64,000 nt of DNA from Octopus sinensis (lineage: Eukaryota). This document shows positions 13,070 to 24,519 of this stretch, piece by piece; within the stretch, counting starts at the first letter, position 1; the number at the start of each line of letters is the position of its first letter. The notes beneath the pieces are model-generated. The model did no database searches, had not been told where the DNA came from, and saw only the letters and a program-made list of their open reading frames with translations. The position numbers and the translations under genes were made by a program. The DNA lies in NCBI RefSeq assembly GCF_006345805.1, contig NC_043001.1, forward strand, positions 31,682,001 to 31,746,000, written 5' to 3'.

Positions 13070-15751
13070 CATACATACACATATATATATATACATACAT
13101 ACATACACACACAAACGTTGGTCTGTGTGTGTATATGCATTTCAATTTACAAAGACGAAAAGAAAAAAAAAGTACGCAAGCACAGAGCAATTATCTATTG
13201 TTAGTGCTTGCTGACTATTACTCAGTTATAAACTCCGAGTTTCGTAACTGTTGTCACTGATCCTTCTATTGTCTTAATAAGGAAAGGACACAATCGACAG
13301 CCCAACCCTGGATTCCTCCAAACAGCTGGGGCGATCAGGGTTGCCGAAGGCTTTCAACCACGCATCTACCCGATGAGGTGGTACTAAACTAGGAGTGGCA
13401 CCGCATCATTTAATAAGGTTTCTCAATAGATTTCGAATAATAAGAATTGTGCAATTTGCCCTTCTGGCGATGATTGAAGCTAATTTGTCTTTTCATTTTT
13501 ATAGATTAATTACGTAACTTAATTATTCTGCAACCCTCACCAAAAGCGCATAATGCACCGAATATAGAAATAACAGTAAAAAAAACAACAACAAAGAACT
13601 TATGAATTATTTGAAATATAAATAATTATATAACTGCTCTGCTAAGGGAAACATCTTTTCAAGCAGATTAAGAAATTAGCATGATCGCGCGCATCACTCC
13701 TTAAAAACTTGGAATATAGTTACTAATTATTTGGGGAGGGGGTATGAAAGTTTAGCGGCGACCCCACTAAGAAATGTATGTGAATGTATATAGTTGCTAC
13801 AATTTATAATCATCCTTATTGCTTTTGTTGTTGAATCATTTATATACACTGCACCTGCTTCCATCATTATGTCTATTGAGCTCACATAGAAACAGCAGGT
13901 ACTTGATCAAAACTTGAGTAAATTCAAACACTCAGGGAAAAAAAAAATTTAAGGGCAAGTGAAAAAAAAAAAAAGGAACCCTGAGAAAATAAATCACACA
14001 TAAAACTCATGTTATAATAAAAGGGAGAAAGAAGAGAGAAGCAATGACATTTTTAATAAATAAACAAAAATATGGTTTACCTTGATCAGAGTCGCAAACT
14101 GGTAATTAGTGTATTAAAAATCCAATAGGTTAGCTTATATATTCAAAAGAGAATGGTACAAGGGTATATATATATATATATATTATATATATACACACAC
14201 GTGTGTGTGTATTTGTATACACGCGTATTTTTTTAAAACTATGTACACCACTTTTTATATACGCACAAACACACACGTATAAATATATATATATATTTAT
14301 ATATAAATGTATGTGACTTGGTGAACGGTTTTGTAATTATATATTCCGATTGTAGAGAAGAATATCAATGAAATAAAAACAATATTCGATGATGATTAAG
14401 GTAAAATAAACATTTCAGCACTTGTGTATATATAATATAATTCACGATTTCTCCCCCGCTCTCGTCTCCATAATTCTTTTTTTTTTAAAACATATAAAAA
14501 AACAAAGACGACAAAAAAAAAACGTATGTGTATTGTATAAATAATCTTATATAAAATATTTCTTAGATTTGTTGCGATATTAATGTATTTGTGTGTGTGC
14601 GCGTGTGAGTGAGTGACTGTATGTATGTATATATATATATGTATATATTGTATATACTAAAACGCACACGAGTACGCAAGCGATATGTTTATGTATATTT
14701 ACACAGACCTATGTAACTATGCTGGCTGCTGTGTTTATTATATGTTACATTCATGGTGGAAGCTTCTTTTTCACTCGGTAATAACCTCCGTTTACATTCC
14801 AGATCGGTGTATATATATCATCATATAAACCAAGAGACAGATGTATTTATACACACAAATATATATGTATCTATATATATATAATCTATATATATATACA
14901 CAATATATAATGTATATCCGCTGTATATTTGTTTATATTGCAAAAAAAAAAAAGAGTATCTTTTATCTCTCCTTATTGTTTTAAATGTTTTATGATCCAC
15001 ATGAGAAATTTAAGAAATAAATATGTATGTTTATATACATGTAGCTGTATATATTAAAGGATGTTTATATATATATAATATATAATATATATATATATAT
15101 ATATATTATAAATGTACGAAGTTTATATAGGTTTAAAGTGAAGAAGGTACGTTGACGTAGTACAGATTTTAGTTGTTATTTACTTGATAATCTAATACAT
15201 ATAAGTACTTTGGTAACTAATATTCATAAACACTTCACAGTGTTTTAAAACATATACAGTTTTGTGTGCGCGTTTATAAACCGAAAGTTGATTTCTTATA
15301 GGTTATTAATAACTTGTGAGTGTTGCTGTACATGTTTACATAGATAAATATATGTAATAGCTTAAATATATATATATATGTATGTATATATAGTGTGTGT
15401 GTATATGTCTGTGTATAATTTGATGTTTTTTTGTTTGTTGATCGCGTCCTACCTTCTTGTTTTGTGTCTTCTTACTGTTATGTTAGTACCTTGTATTTTG
15501 TTTGTTATATCGCCTCTGTAGTGGTTAGTCAAAGGTTTTAAATACAGCTTTACAAACAAACACAAAACCTTCTTCTTCTTAAAAGAGTTTGGGTGTTTTT
15601 TTTATGCATAGTTGCACACACATTTAGGGGGAGAGAGAGAGAGAGAGACAGACAGAGAGCGTGAGAGAGAGAGAGATAGATAGAGACAGAGATATAAATA
15701 GAGAGAAAGAGAGAAGTAACAATTTCCACGACACGGTAACAACATTTAGGA

Positions 15752-15851
15752 NNNNNNNNNNNNNNNNNNNNNNNNNNNNNNNNNNNNNNNNNNNNNNNNN
15801 NNNNNNNNNNNNNNNNNNNNNNNNNNNNNNNNNNNNNNNNNNNNNNNNNNN
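15752..15851. other. Assembly gap (100 N)
   Basis: Run of N; true size unknown. Confidence 1.
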
Positions 15852-16139
15852 ATACGGTACTTAAAGCTGAGGCACCTACTTAGATCCGAATAAAATGCAT
15901 ACACAACAATTTTTAGATCTTATTGGGGACACCTTGGTTACGGGAGGTCACTTACCCCTTTCTACTCTATAACAAGCCAACTAGCCCCTATATTTTCTGA
16001 TATCCCATCCCACTGAACTGATTGAATATATATATATATATAAACATATAGTCTTTTATTCTTTTATATGTTTCAGCCCTGACACTGTGGCCACGCTGGG
16101 GCACCGCTAGTGTAATCAACTTTTACTTGGCCAATTCTA

Positions 16140-16820
16140 TGGGATTGGCTTTTGACAAAAGAGGGAGTTCGATACCGTTGCCCTCTTTTGAGTTACCTGC
16201 GTTGCTATTGATTCATCTGGGATCTTGGATAGCAAGAGGTCAAGTTGCTTCTTGGAAACATCTATCCCCACTCCATTAAGATCCCTCAGATGTTTTATCA
16301 AGGAGTTAAATAGCTATGGGTCCTTGAATCCCAAGCTATTGCAGTACATGGTCCTCGCCTTAGATGAGACAGCTAAGACTTTTGGAAGAGTGCAGTGACC
16401 ACTATTTCGAGGTCTGGTATAACTATCAATTCCAAAGTTTGGTGCCAGCCCCTCCAGTATCTTCCACACATATATTAGTGCATACCGCTCATTTCTTCGC
16501 TCCAGGGAGTAGAGTCGTAACTCTCTCAGTCTCTCCCAGTAGCTCAGCTGTTCCACTGATGCAATCTTCCTCGTGTAGTATCGCTGAACCGCCTCAAGTT
16601 CTGCTATTAATCCTACACTGTAAGGTGACCACAGTTGAGAGCAGTTGTCCAGACAGCTGAAGACAAATGTCTTCCATAAGACCAGCATAGTTTCCTGGTC
16701 CCTTGTTCTGCAGGTTCTCAGAATCCATCCGGCCATTCGTCTGCACACTGCCATCATTTCGGTGACATGCATGTGAAACGAGGCATCGTTACTCATATCA
16801 ATCCCTAGATCACGCATCCT
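16140..16820 (-). mobile_element. CR1-group LINE, 5'-truncated RT C-terminal region
   Basis: ORF 16314-16817: RDLGI...SQLWSPY...ELEAVQRYYTRKI...LSYWERLRELRLYSLERRNERYALIYVWKILEG, typical of the post-RT region of CR1-like elements. Confidence 0.9.
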
Positions 16821-16843
16821 ATGTGATTCTAGGATTGGCGCTC

Positions 16844-16844
<1 letters not shown>

Positions 16845-16905
<61 letters not shown>

Positions 16906-16924
16906 CTCTCTCTCTCTCCTCTCG

Positions 16925-17020
<96 letters not shown>

Positions 17021-17050
17021 ACACACACACACTCATTTATATATACATAT
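16845..17050. repeat. Compound microsatellite (TATC)n-(TC)n-(TA)n-(CA)n
   Basis: Direct reading. Confidence 0.95.
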
Positions 17051-17345
17051 ATGTTGTCATATTTCGGGACGGTCATGTTTTTTGTTTGCCACACAAACAT
17101 ACGCATTATATATTCATTCTTCACTCGTTTATTATTGTTCCTATTTCATCTTATGTCCATTGTTTGCAAATCTTTCTCAGTCACCAGTGACCTCTTCAGT
17201 GACCTTTCCATCTACATGTATCCTCCTGCTCCGCCTAGAACATTCTTTCTGTAGAAAAGAAACTCTGTAATCTTCTTTTACAATAGCCCCGGACCGATTT
17301 GTAAGCGGATTTGTTAGTATATGGAATATCTGTGAAACCCTATGA

Positions 17346-17380
<35 letters not shown>

Positions 17381-17382
17381 GT

Positions 17383-17596
17383 AAGAATCTTTTGCGTAAT
17401 AAGATAAAAAAAACCAAGGCTGTATAGATATATGAGCATTTATAGATAGAAGGTCTTACAGCTGTTTCTAGGATATTAATTAATAATATCCCTTCATCGG
17501 AGACGGTTATCCTAGAAACAGCTGTAAGACCTTCTATCTATAAATGCTCTAAGATATACAGCCTTGGTTTTTTATCTTATTACCCCAAAATTCTTA
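17383..17596. repeat. Fold-back inverted repeat (~90-bp arms, ~32-nt loop), Penelope-like terminus
   Basis: gagcatttatagatagaaggtcttacagctgtttctaggata versus tatcctagaaacagctgtaagaccttctatctataaatgctc, plus outer aagataaaaaaaaccaaggctgta versus tacagccttggttttttatctt. Confidence 0.9.
17453..17504 (-). ncRNA. Variant type I hammerhead ribozyme motif (core CCGAUGA, probably impaired)
   Basis: Minus strand: GUCU-CCGAUGA-A-GGGAUAUUA/UAAUAUCC-UA-GAAAC-AGCU-GUA-AGAC. Stems I, II and a palindromic stem III are present; U4 is C and there is an extra base before G12. Confidence 0.55.
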
Positions 17597-17733
17597 TATA
17601 CACACGCTGACATAGAACCAACGTTGAACCCTTTATTCGCAATATTACCGAATCTAGAACTCAACTATGGTCTGTCTATAGCACTTATTCAGCATTACCT
17701 GACACCTTTGGTCTCAATGACACCATTATCTCT

Positions 17734-17772
<39 letters not shown>

Positions 17773-17870
17773 ATATATATATATATATCATATATATATT
17801 TAATATATATATATATATGTTTATGTATGTATGTATAGCAAGAAATATGTAATGAAGTCTTTATGGCATA

Positions 17871-18381
17871 CTAGCAGTATCGCCCGGCGTTGCTCGGGTT
17901 TGTAAGGGAAATAACTATATAGCATTTTTAGAGAGTTACTTCCCTTATAGATAGATGCCAATTCGGGCTTTCTTAGCCATTTCTGTTTGGGTCTTTGAAG
18001 CCATGAAGTCGTTGTTCTAAAAGAACGCCTGGTCTCCTTGACAACGCTTTACGACGTTGATTTCTTACACTCCCTTCCCCACAGCTTCACGAGGAGGGAA
18101 GAAGGGGGAAAAGCAAACAGTGCAGGTGTGACCATGGACGCCAACTCCGCCGCCATCGACACACGAAAAATTATGCTTTAAAATGGAATAAAAAATGATG
18201 TTAAATTATTTTTAAAATCGTAGACTCATCGTAGACGCGCGCTAATAGCCAGACGGACTTGATATTCTCACGACTATAAGATACCCGAATTTGGTTAAAC
18301 GCACCGCAAAATGTGGGAGTAGTTAGGAATCTAAATCGAAGGGGACAGACACTCACACAACTACAGTTTTATATATATAGA
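17871..18381 (-). mobile_element. Complete non-autonomous Helitron
   Basis: Minus strand starts TC (TCTATATATATAAAA), ends CTAG, has a subterminal hairpin CCCGAGCAACGCCGGG, and is inserted between A and T. Confidence 0.85.
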
Positions 18382-19354
18382 TTTACCATATGTATTAACG
18401 TACATATTCTGCCTATATTTTATAGATGTATAATATATATAAACATTTATTTAGCGGTTCATCATATGCTTTTCTGTATATACAATTATAATCAAAATTA
18501 TCTAAATATATTTATACCTGGTGCCGACTATTACCTTTCATACACTATACTGCATTTCGGTCGTATCTTTATTGTTTTATACTTAAAAAAAAATTAATTC
18601 TTCTGATGATGTTTTCCATACATATAAATGCTTTCCCAAATAAGACTATACTTCCTTTATAAAAACTATCATATATATATATATTTGTACGCGCATTTAT
18701 CTTGTGTATGTGTGTGTGTGTGCGTGTGTGCCCGTGCGAGTGTTTTCGCCGCATACTCATGCATTTGTATGTATGTATGTATGTATGTATGTATGTATGT
18801 ATGTATGTATGTATGTATGTATGTATGTATGTGTGCATATATATGTAGATTCAGATGAATATGGTGCTTAAGTTGAGGCACCAGAATTTGGTACGGTATT
18901 ATCGATACAATTTCAAAATAAGGTGATTAAAATCAAAATAAGCAACAAGGATATCTAGAGGTAATGCAGAACGATCGTTTCATGCCACTCCATTTAATTA
19001 AACAATGCAATCAACAACTATGATTTTGTTGGTACATGTTCTTTGTCTATCACGCGCGTGTGTGAGTTCATATATATATGCATATTTTTTAAAAATAAAT
19101 TCCCCCTCACATGATCAGAAATTATATGATCAACGATATTTGAGAAATTGTGAATAATAACAGAGGCCTCCTCTGCTTAATCTATTGTCCAGTCATCTTG
19201 TGTCTGAGAAACCGAGTATAAGTCGGGGAAAACGTCGGACTATTAGGCTACTGGATTGCCCTATATGAACAAAATACATATCATGCACACATATTTTTAT
19301 CTCTGTCTCTCTCTCTCACACACACTCTGTCTATCATACACACATTCATGTATG

Positions 19355-20090
19355 TACAAGGTATCCCAAAACAGTTGACATCATTTCATCACCTAATAAC
19401 GTGAACAAGTTTCGTCTACGTTGTCTCAAATTTTAGCTGTATGTCTAGAATTCAATACGTTTTTAAAATATGATCTTTCGTTTGCTTTTTTTTTTCAAGA
19501 TTAGACATGCCGTTTACTGCAACAGAAAAGGCGTTTTGTGAATTGAAGTACGCCCCAAACTCAGTCAAATGCGGATGTGCAACGTGTATTTGTTAGAAGA
19601 CTTCATAAACAAGTGCCAACAGGTAATCAGATATGGATGTGGTATAAGAACTTTCAAGAGGAAGGCTGTTTGTGACGGAAAAAAGGATCTGGATGACCAG
19701 CAGTTTCAGAAGAGATGGTGCACCAACTTCGGGAAAGGCTTAGTCAGAACCAAAGAAATCTGTGCAAAGAGCGAGCCAGGAAACCCGGATCCCCAAGTCA
19801 ACTGTTTGGCGTGTCATAAAAAAAAACGCTTGCGACTAATCCTCTACAAGCTTCAGCTTGTGCAGACTTTTAAACCGGTTGACAAGCAAACGCGTAAAAG
19901 AAGCTTGAAGGTCATGACTTTGAAAACCGTCTTGTTTTCAGCGACGAGGCCATATTCCATAGGAATGGCAAAGTGAACAAGGAAAATGTTCGCATTTGGA
20001 GCGAAGAAAATCTACATGACACAGTTGAACACGAAAGGGACTCACCAAAATTGAATGTGTTCTGCGCCATCTCAAAGAACCGTGATAACT
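19355..20090 (+). mobile_element. Decayed Tc1/mariner transposon (rosa/maT-like), 3'-truncated
   Basis: TA-CAAGGTATCCC terminus; frameshifted transposase from ATG 19507 (MPFTATEKAFC...IPKSTVWR...YKLQLVQ...FSDEAIFHRNGKVNKENVRIWSEENLH...ERDSPKLNVFCAIS). Confidence 0.85.
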
Positions 20091-20655
20091 TTAGAACATT
20101 ATAAAATTATCATCTCACAGAATTTTTCGTTGGAAATCTGTAGAATAAAATTTGCTGTGTTCAAAATTAAGCCTATTAAGCTTCATTTCTCTTGACCATG
20201 TAATCACTCCAATATGGACATCACAAATGATGTCAAATCTTTTGGGACGACCTCTATATGTGCATGTATGTATGTATCTTTGTATGTATGTATGTATGTA
20301 TGTATGTATGTATGTATGTATGTATGTATGTATGTATGTATGTATGTATGTATGTATTTGTGCTTGTGTTTATGTATAGAGACGCAGGCATATATGTGTG
20401 GCAAAAAGCTTGCTTCCCAGCCTCAAAGTTCCGTGTTCAGTCCTACTGCGTGGCACCTAGGGCAAGTTTTTTTTCTACTAGAACCTTAGGTCCCCCAATA
20501 CCTTGTGAGTGGAATTGGTAGACGGAAGCTGGAAGAAGTGTATGTCTTTGTGTCTGTGTTTGTCCCCTACGACTGCTCGACAACCGGTGTTGGAGTGTTT
20601 ACGTTCCGGAAAGCGAGTGATTGAGCAAGAGACCGATAGAATAAGTACCGGGATT

Positions 20656-21085
20656 AAGGCAGCGAGCTGGCAGAAACTTTAGCACCCCGGGTGAAATGCT
20701 TGGAGGTATTTCGTCTGCCATTACGTTCTGAGTTCAAATTCCGCCGAGATCGACTTTGCCTTTCATCCTTTCGGGGTAGATAAAATAGGTACCAGTTACG
20801 CACTGGGGTCGATGTAATCGACTTAATCTCTTTGTCTGTCCTTGTTTGTCCCATCTATGTTTAACCCCTTGTGGGCAATAAAGAAATAAGAAACGTTAGC
20901 ACCCTGGGTAAAATGTTTAGCGGTATTTCGTCTGTCTTTATGTTCTGAGTTCAAATACCGCCGAAGTCAACTTTGCCTTTCATCCTTCCGGGATCAATAA
21001 ATTAATTACCAGTTACATACAGGGGTCGATCTAATCGACTGGCCTCCTCCCCCAAAATTTCAGGCCTTGTGCCTAGAGTAGAAAA
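20656..21085 (+). mobile_element. SINE family B, one full copy plus a tandem 5'-truncated copy
   Basis: aaggcagcgagctggcagaaac head; gagttcaaattccgcc B box; gcctttcatcctttcggggtagataaaataggtacc block occurs twice. Confidence 0.85.
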
Positions 21086-21534
21086 GAATCAGTACCGGGC
21101 TTTAAACTGGGATCGGTTGGCAATTCTTTTCTTTTATGCCCCAAAACCCCAGATTTATTTATTTTCTGGTGAACTCAAACGAAATATATGGCCGTTTGAT
21201 TCTCAAGATTTGGAGCAGCACTTACGAATACATTCCGACCAATTAGTGGGACAGTCGAAGTATGAATAAGGTTCTTGACATTTAGTTCGATAATTTACAC
21301 AAAGTATTGTTTAGCCTCCTCAAAGCGTTTTGTAATTCAATGAGTGATCCAACTCTAATCTCGATAAAAATGAAAAGAAACACTAGAGAGCCTAAATACA
21401 TACAAACGCAGTGAATGCATGCATGCATTCCTACCTACCTACCTACCTACCTACCTACCTTCCTACATACATGCCACATACATATATATGCCACATTCAT
21501 TTTATATATATATTCATTTATTTATTCATATATA

Positions 21535-21723
21535 GGCGCAGGAGTGGCTGTGTGGTAAGTAGCTTGCTAACCAATCACATGGTTCCGGGTTCAGTCCCAC
21601 TGCGTGGCATCTTGGGCAAGTGTCTTCTGCTATAGCCTCGAGCCGACCAATGCCTTGTGAGTGGATTTGGTAGACGGAAACTGAAAGAAGCCTGTCGTAT
21701 ATATATATATCTATATATATATA

Positions 21724-21765
<42 letters not shown>

Positions 21766-21972
21766 GTGTGTATGTTTGTGTGTCTGTGTTTGTCCCCCCA
21801 ACATCACTTGACAACCGACGCTGGTGTGTTTACGTCCCCGTCACTTAGCGGTTCGGCGAAAGAGACCGATAGAATAAGTACTGGGCTTACAAAGAATAAG
21901 TCCCGGGGTCGATTTGCTCGACTAAAGGCGGTGCTCCAGCATGGCCGCAGTCAAATGACTGAAACAAGTAAA
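21535..21972 (+). mobile_element. SINE family A, full length
   Basis: Near-identical to 3385-3776 apart from the microsatellite. Confidence 0.9.
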
Positions 21973-22097
21973 AAAAAATACATATATATATATATTCATT
22001 ACATATATTCATTACATATATACATTACATATATACATATATATATTCATATACATATATACATATATATATTCATTACATATATACACACACACAT

Positions 22098-22144
<47 letters not shown>

Positions 22145-22480
22145 TTACATATATACATATATACATATATATATTCATATACATATATGCATATATATAT
22201 ATATATTCATTACATATAGACATATATATTCATATACATATATACATACATATATACATTCATTCATTGATACATGCATACGTACATACGCTCGTATATG
22301 TATACATGCGTACAAATATACATGCATACATGTATACAAACATACACATATACATTGCACACATACATACATACATATATACATACATACATACATACAT
22401 ACATACATACATACTTACATACAGATCTAGTACCTATGTTTGGATACTAAACTTGCCATTTGAAGTGATCCAACAAATAA

Positions 22481-22637
22481 GAGTGGCTGTGTGGTAAGTA
22501 GCTTGCTTACCAACCTACATGGTTCCGGATTCAGTCCCACTGCGTGGCACCTTGGGCAAATATCTTCTAGCATATCCTCGGGCCGACCAAAGTCTTGTGA
22601 GTGGATTTGGTTGACGGAAACTGAAAGAAGCCCGTCG

Positions 22638-22690
<53 letters not shown>

Positions 22691-22898
22691 TTGTGTGTCT
22701 GTGTTTGTCCCCCAACATCGCTTGACAACCGACGCTGGTGTGTTTACGTCCCCGTAACTTAGCGGTTCGGCAAAATAGACCGATAGAATAAGTACTAGGT
22801 TTACAAAGAATAAGTCCTGGGGTCGATTTGCTCGACTAAAGGCGGTGCTCCAGCATGGCCGCAGTCAAATGACTGAAGTAAGTAAAAGAGTAAAAGAG
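22481..22898 (+). mobile_element. SINE family A, full length
   Basis: Same head, core and tail as 3385-3776. Confidence 0.9.
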
Positions 22899-23545
22899 CA
22901 AGCCTAGGAAGCTACGAATCTCCATTGGTAATTTACACATCAACAATGAGAGTGAAACTGAGGTATGGAGGCGGATGCAGAAGGTTAGTCCAAACAGCTT
23001 TTGAGTGCAGCATCGTATCACTCAGACAACAGTTATTGTACAGTAAAAGGAAAAATGTGTACATCTCATCGATGTCAGTAAAATAATGTAGCGTGTATCT
23101 GTCAAGTTTTTTTTCTTGTCTTTCAAGAATATCTTGACTCGCAGTTCACCTTAACCTCACAATGAAGTGTGCGTAGTGGGAGGACATGCTTTTTAGGAAT
23201 CATAGAGTATACTTTCATACAAGAAAATAAACACTTTTATTTCATTTTGTCTCTACTATGTGGAGAAGAAGAGTTGAATTTCGCATCGTTTTATAGAAAT
23301 TCTGATGAGTATTTTTATTTTATTAGACAGGCTCAGCAATATTGTTTCACTGTTGTGACTATCCACATAACTTTTGTTTTACTTTGCATTATGGGTAAAG
23401 AAAGACCAGCGGAGAGAGAAGAAAACGGTAAGGGACAAGAAAGAAGCAATCGACAAGAATGAAGACATCAAAACGGTGACAAGAATGAATGAAACGGTGA
23501 CAGAATAACAGTGGAAAAGATGGGGAGGTTTGCAAGTCAAGAATC

Positions 23546-23858
23546 TCAAAGCGGTAGGGTGGTGTAAACGGGCAGTGTCAGAGCTATACCGTCGGGAGCT
23601 TCGGTTCCTGGTAGGGCCACCCAAGGCGGATTGGTCTGGCACCGAGCAGTATTAGGGTCGCAGCCTGGCCAACGGGGCTCTGGTGAAAATTCCAAGGGAC
23701 GTTTGATCGGCAACCGGTGGCTTCGAGGTCGTTCTTTCCCTGCGTATGTTGAGTACTCCGCGGCAAACAGGGCGTCCTGTCGCTCGGGATATGCATGCGG
23801 GATGTCGGGGACCGCTTGTGAATTCAATGTTCCCACGAAACTTCTATGAATCCTACTA
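23546..23858 (-). CDS. Candidate terminal coding exon of an unidentified gene (Pro-rich, ends ...IALTLPVYTTLPL-stop)
   Basis: Single-copy GC-rich island; the open frame spans it and its stop falls at the composition boundary; tandem TAG acceptors at 23843-23858 with a weak pyrimidine tract; pyrimidine-rich UTR-like sequence follows. No family recognised. Confidence 0.3.
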
Positions 23859-24140
23859 CTACCGTAGCAATCAATACGAATACGAATACAAATTATCAAT
23901 GTGTACGAAAGCACATGGTGCGTGTTAATGAAGAAACTTGCATGGAATATTCAGAGATGAAGCAACATCAATTGGTATACACTAATGAAGATACTATTGC
24001 GTTAATTATTCCAATACTAAGTGAAGCAAATTCAATGACACAATCTCGAAAAAATGAGTATGAACATATGTTTTCTGGTCTAAGCAGGAAAGTCATCTTT
24101 ATGATCTTACTGCTTATTATGATTTCATGATGACGACGAG

Positions 24141-24176
<36 letters not shown>

Positions 24177-24519
24177 GAAACGTTGATTGTTATTCTGTAG
24201 ACATACATAGCTATGTCGTATGAAAGTGATGTGTCCTGAATGTCAGGGAAAGAAGATCATAAAAATGGTTTGACTATACAAAGTCCAAAATTACATCTTT
24301 GTTGTTTAAATTGAAAATTCAAACTACCTTGAATTATTTGAATTCTAGTGTCATTGAATTTTATTCGAGCCAGTTCTAAATTTCGAAAAATAAAAAAGTA
24401 AAATTTTGAGTTACAAATCATCGTTAACGTTCACTTCAAATTGTGACAAGAGCTTGGTTTTAAACGGGAATGGTGGGCACATACAGAGAGTCTCAAGTGT
24501 GGTGTATTGTCTTTTGTCA

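Noticed and set aside
13372-13407. SECIS-like element (AUGA...AAA loop)
   Set aside because: Only 9 nt between AUGA and AAA, and no GA on the 3' side to form the quartet.
11940-14810. 8-mer seed matches for miR-92 (GTGCAATA), miR-29 (TGGTGCTA) and miR-1 (ACATTCCA) on the plus strand
   Set aside because: With dozens of families considered over 5 kb, a few hits are expected by chance; not usable for orientation.
23620-23700. Resemblance to the CPEB3/HDV-like ribozyme (GTCGCAGCC, TCTGGTGAA)
   Set aside because: The required P3 partner, P1 and P2 pairings cannot be formed; coincidental words.
23740-23800. PARP-type zinc-finger-like VEYSAANRASCR in a plus-strand frame
   Set aside because: Lacks the CxxC and the downstream H/C ligands.
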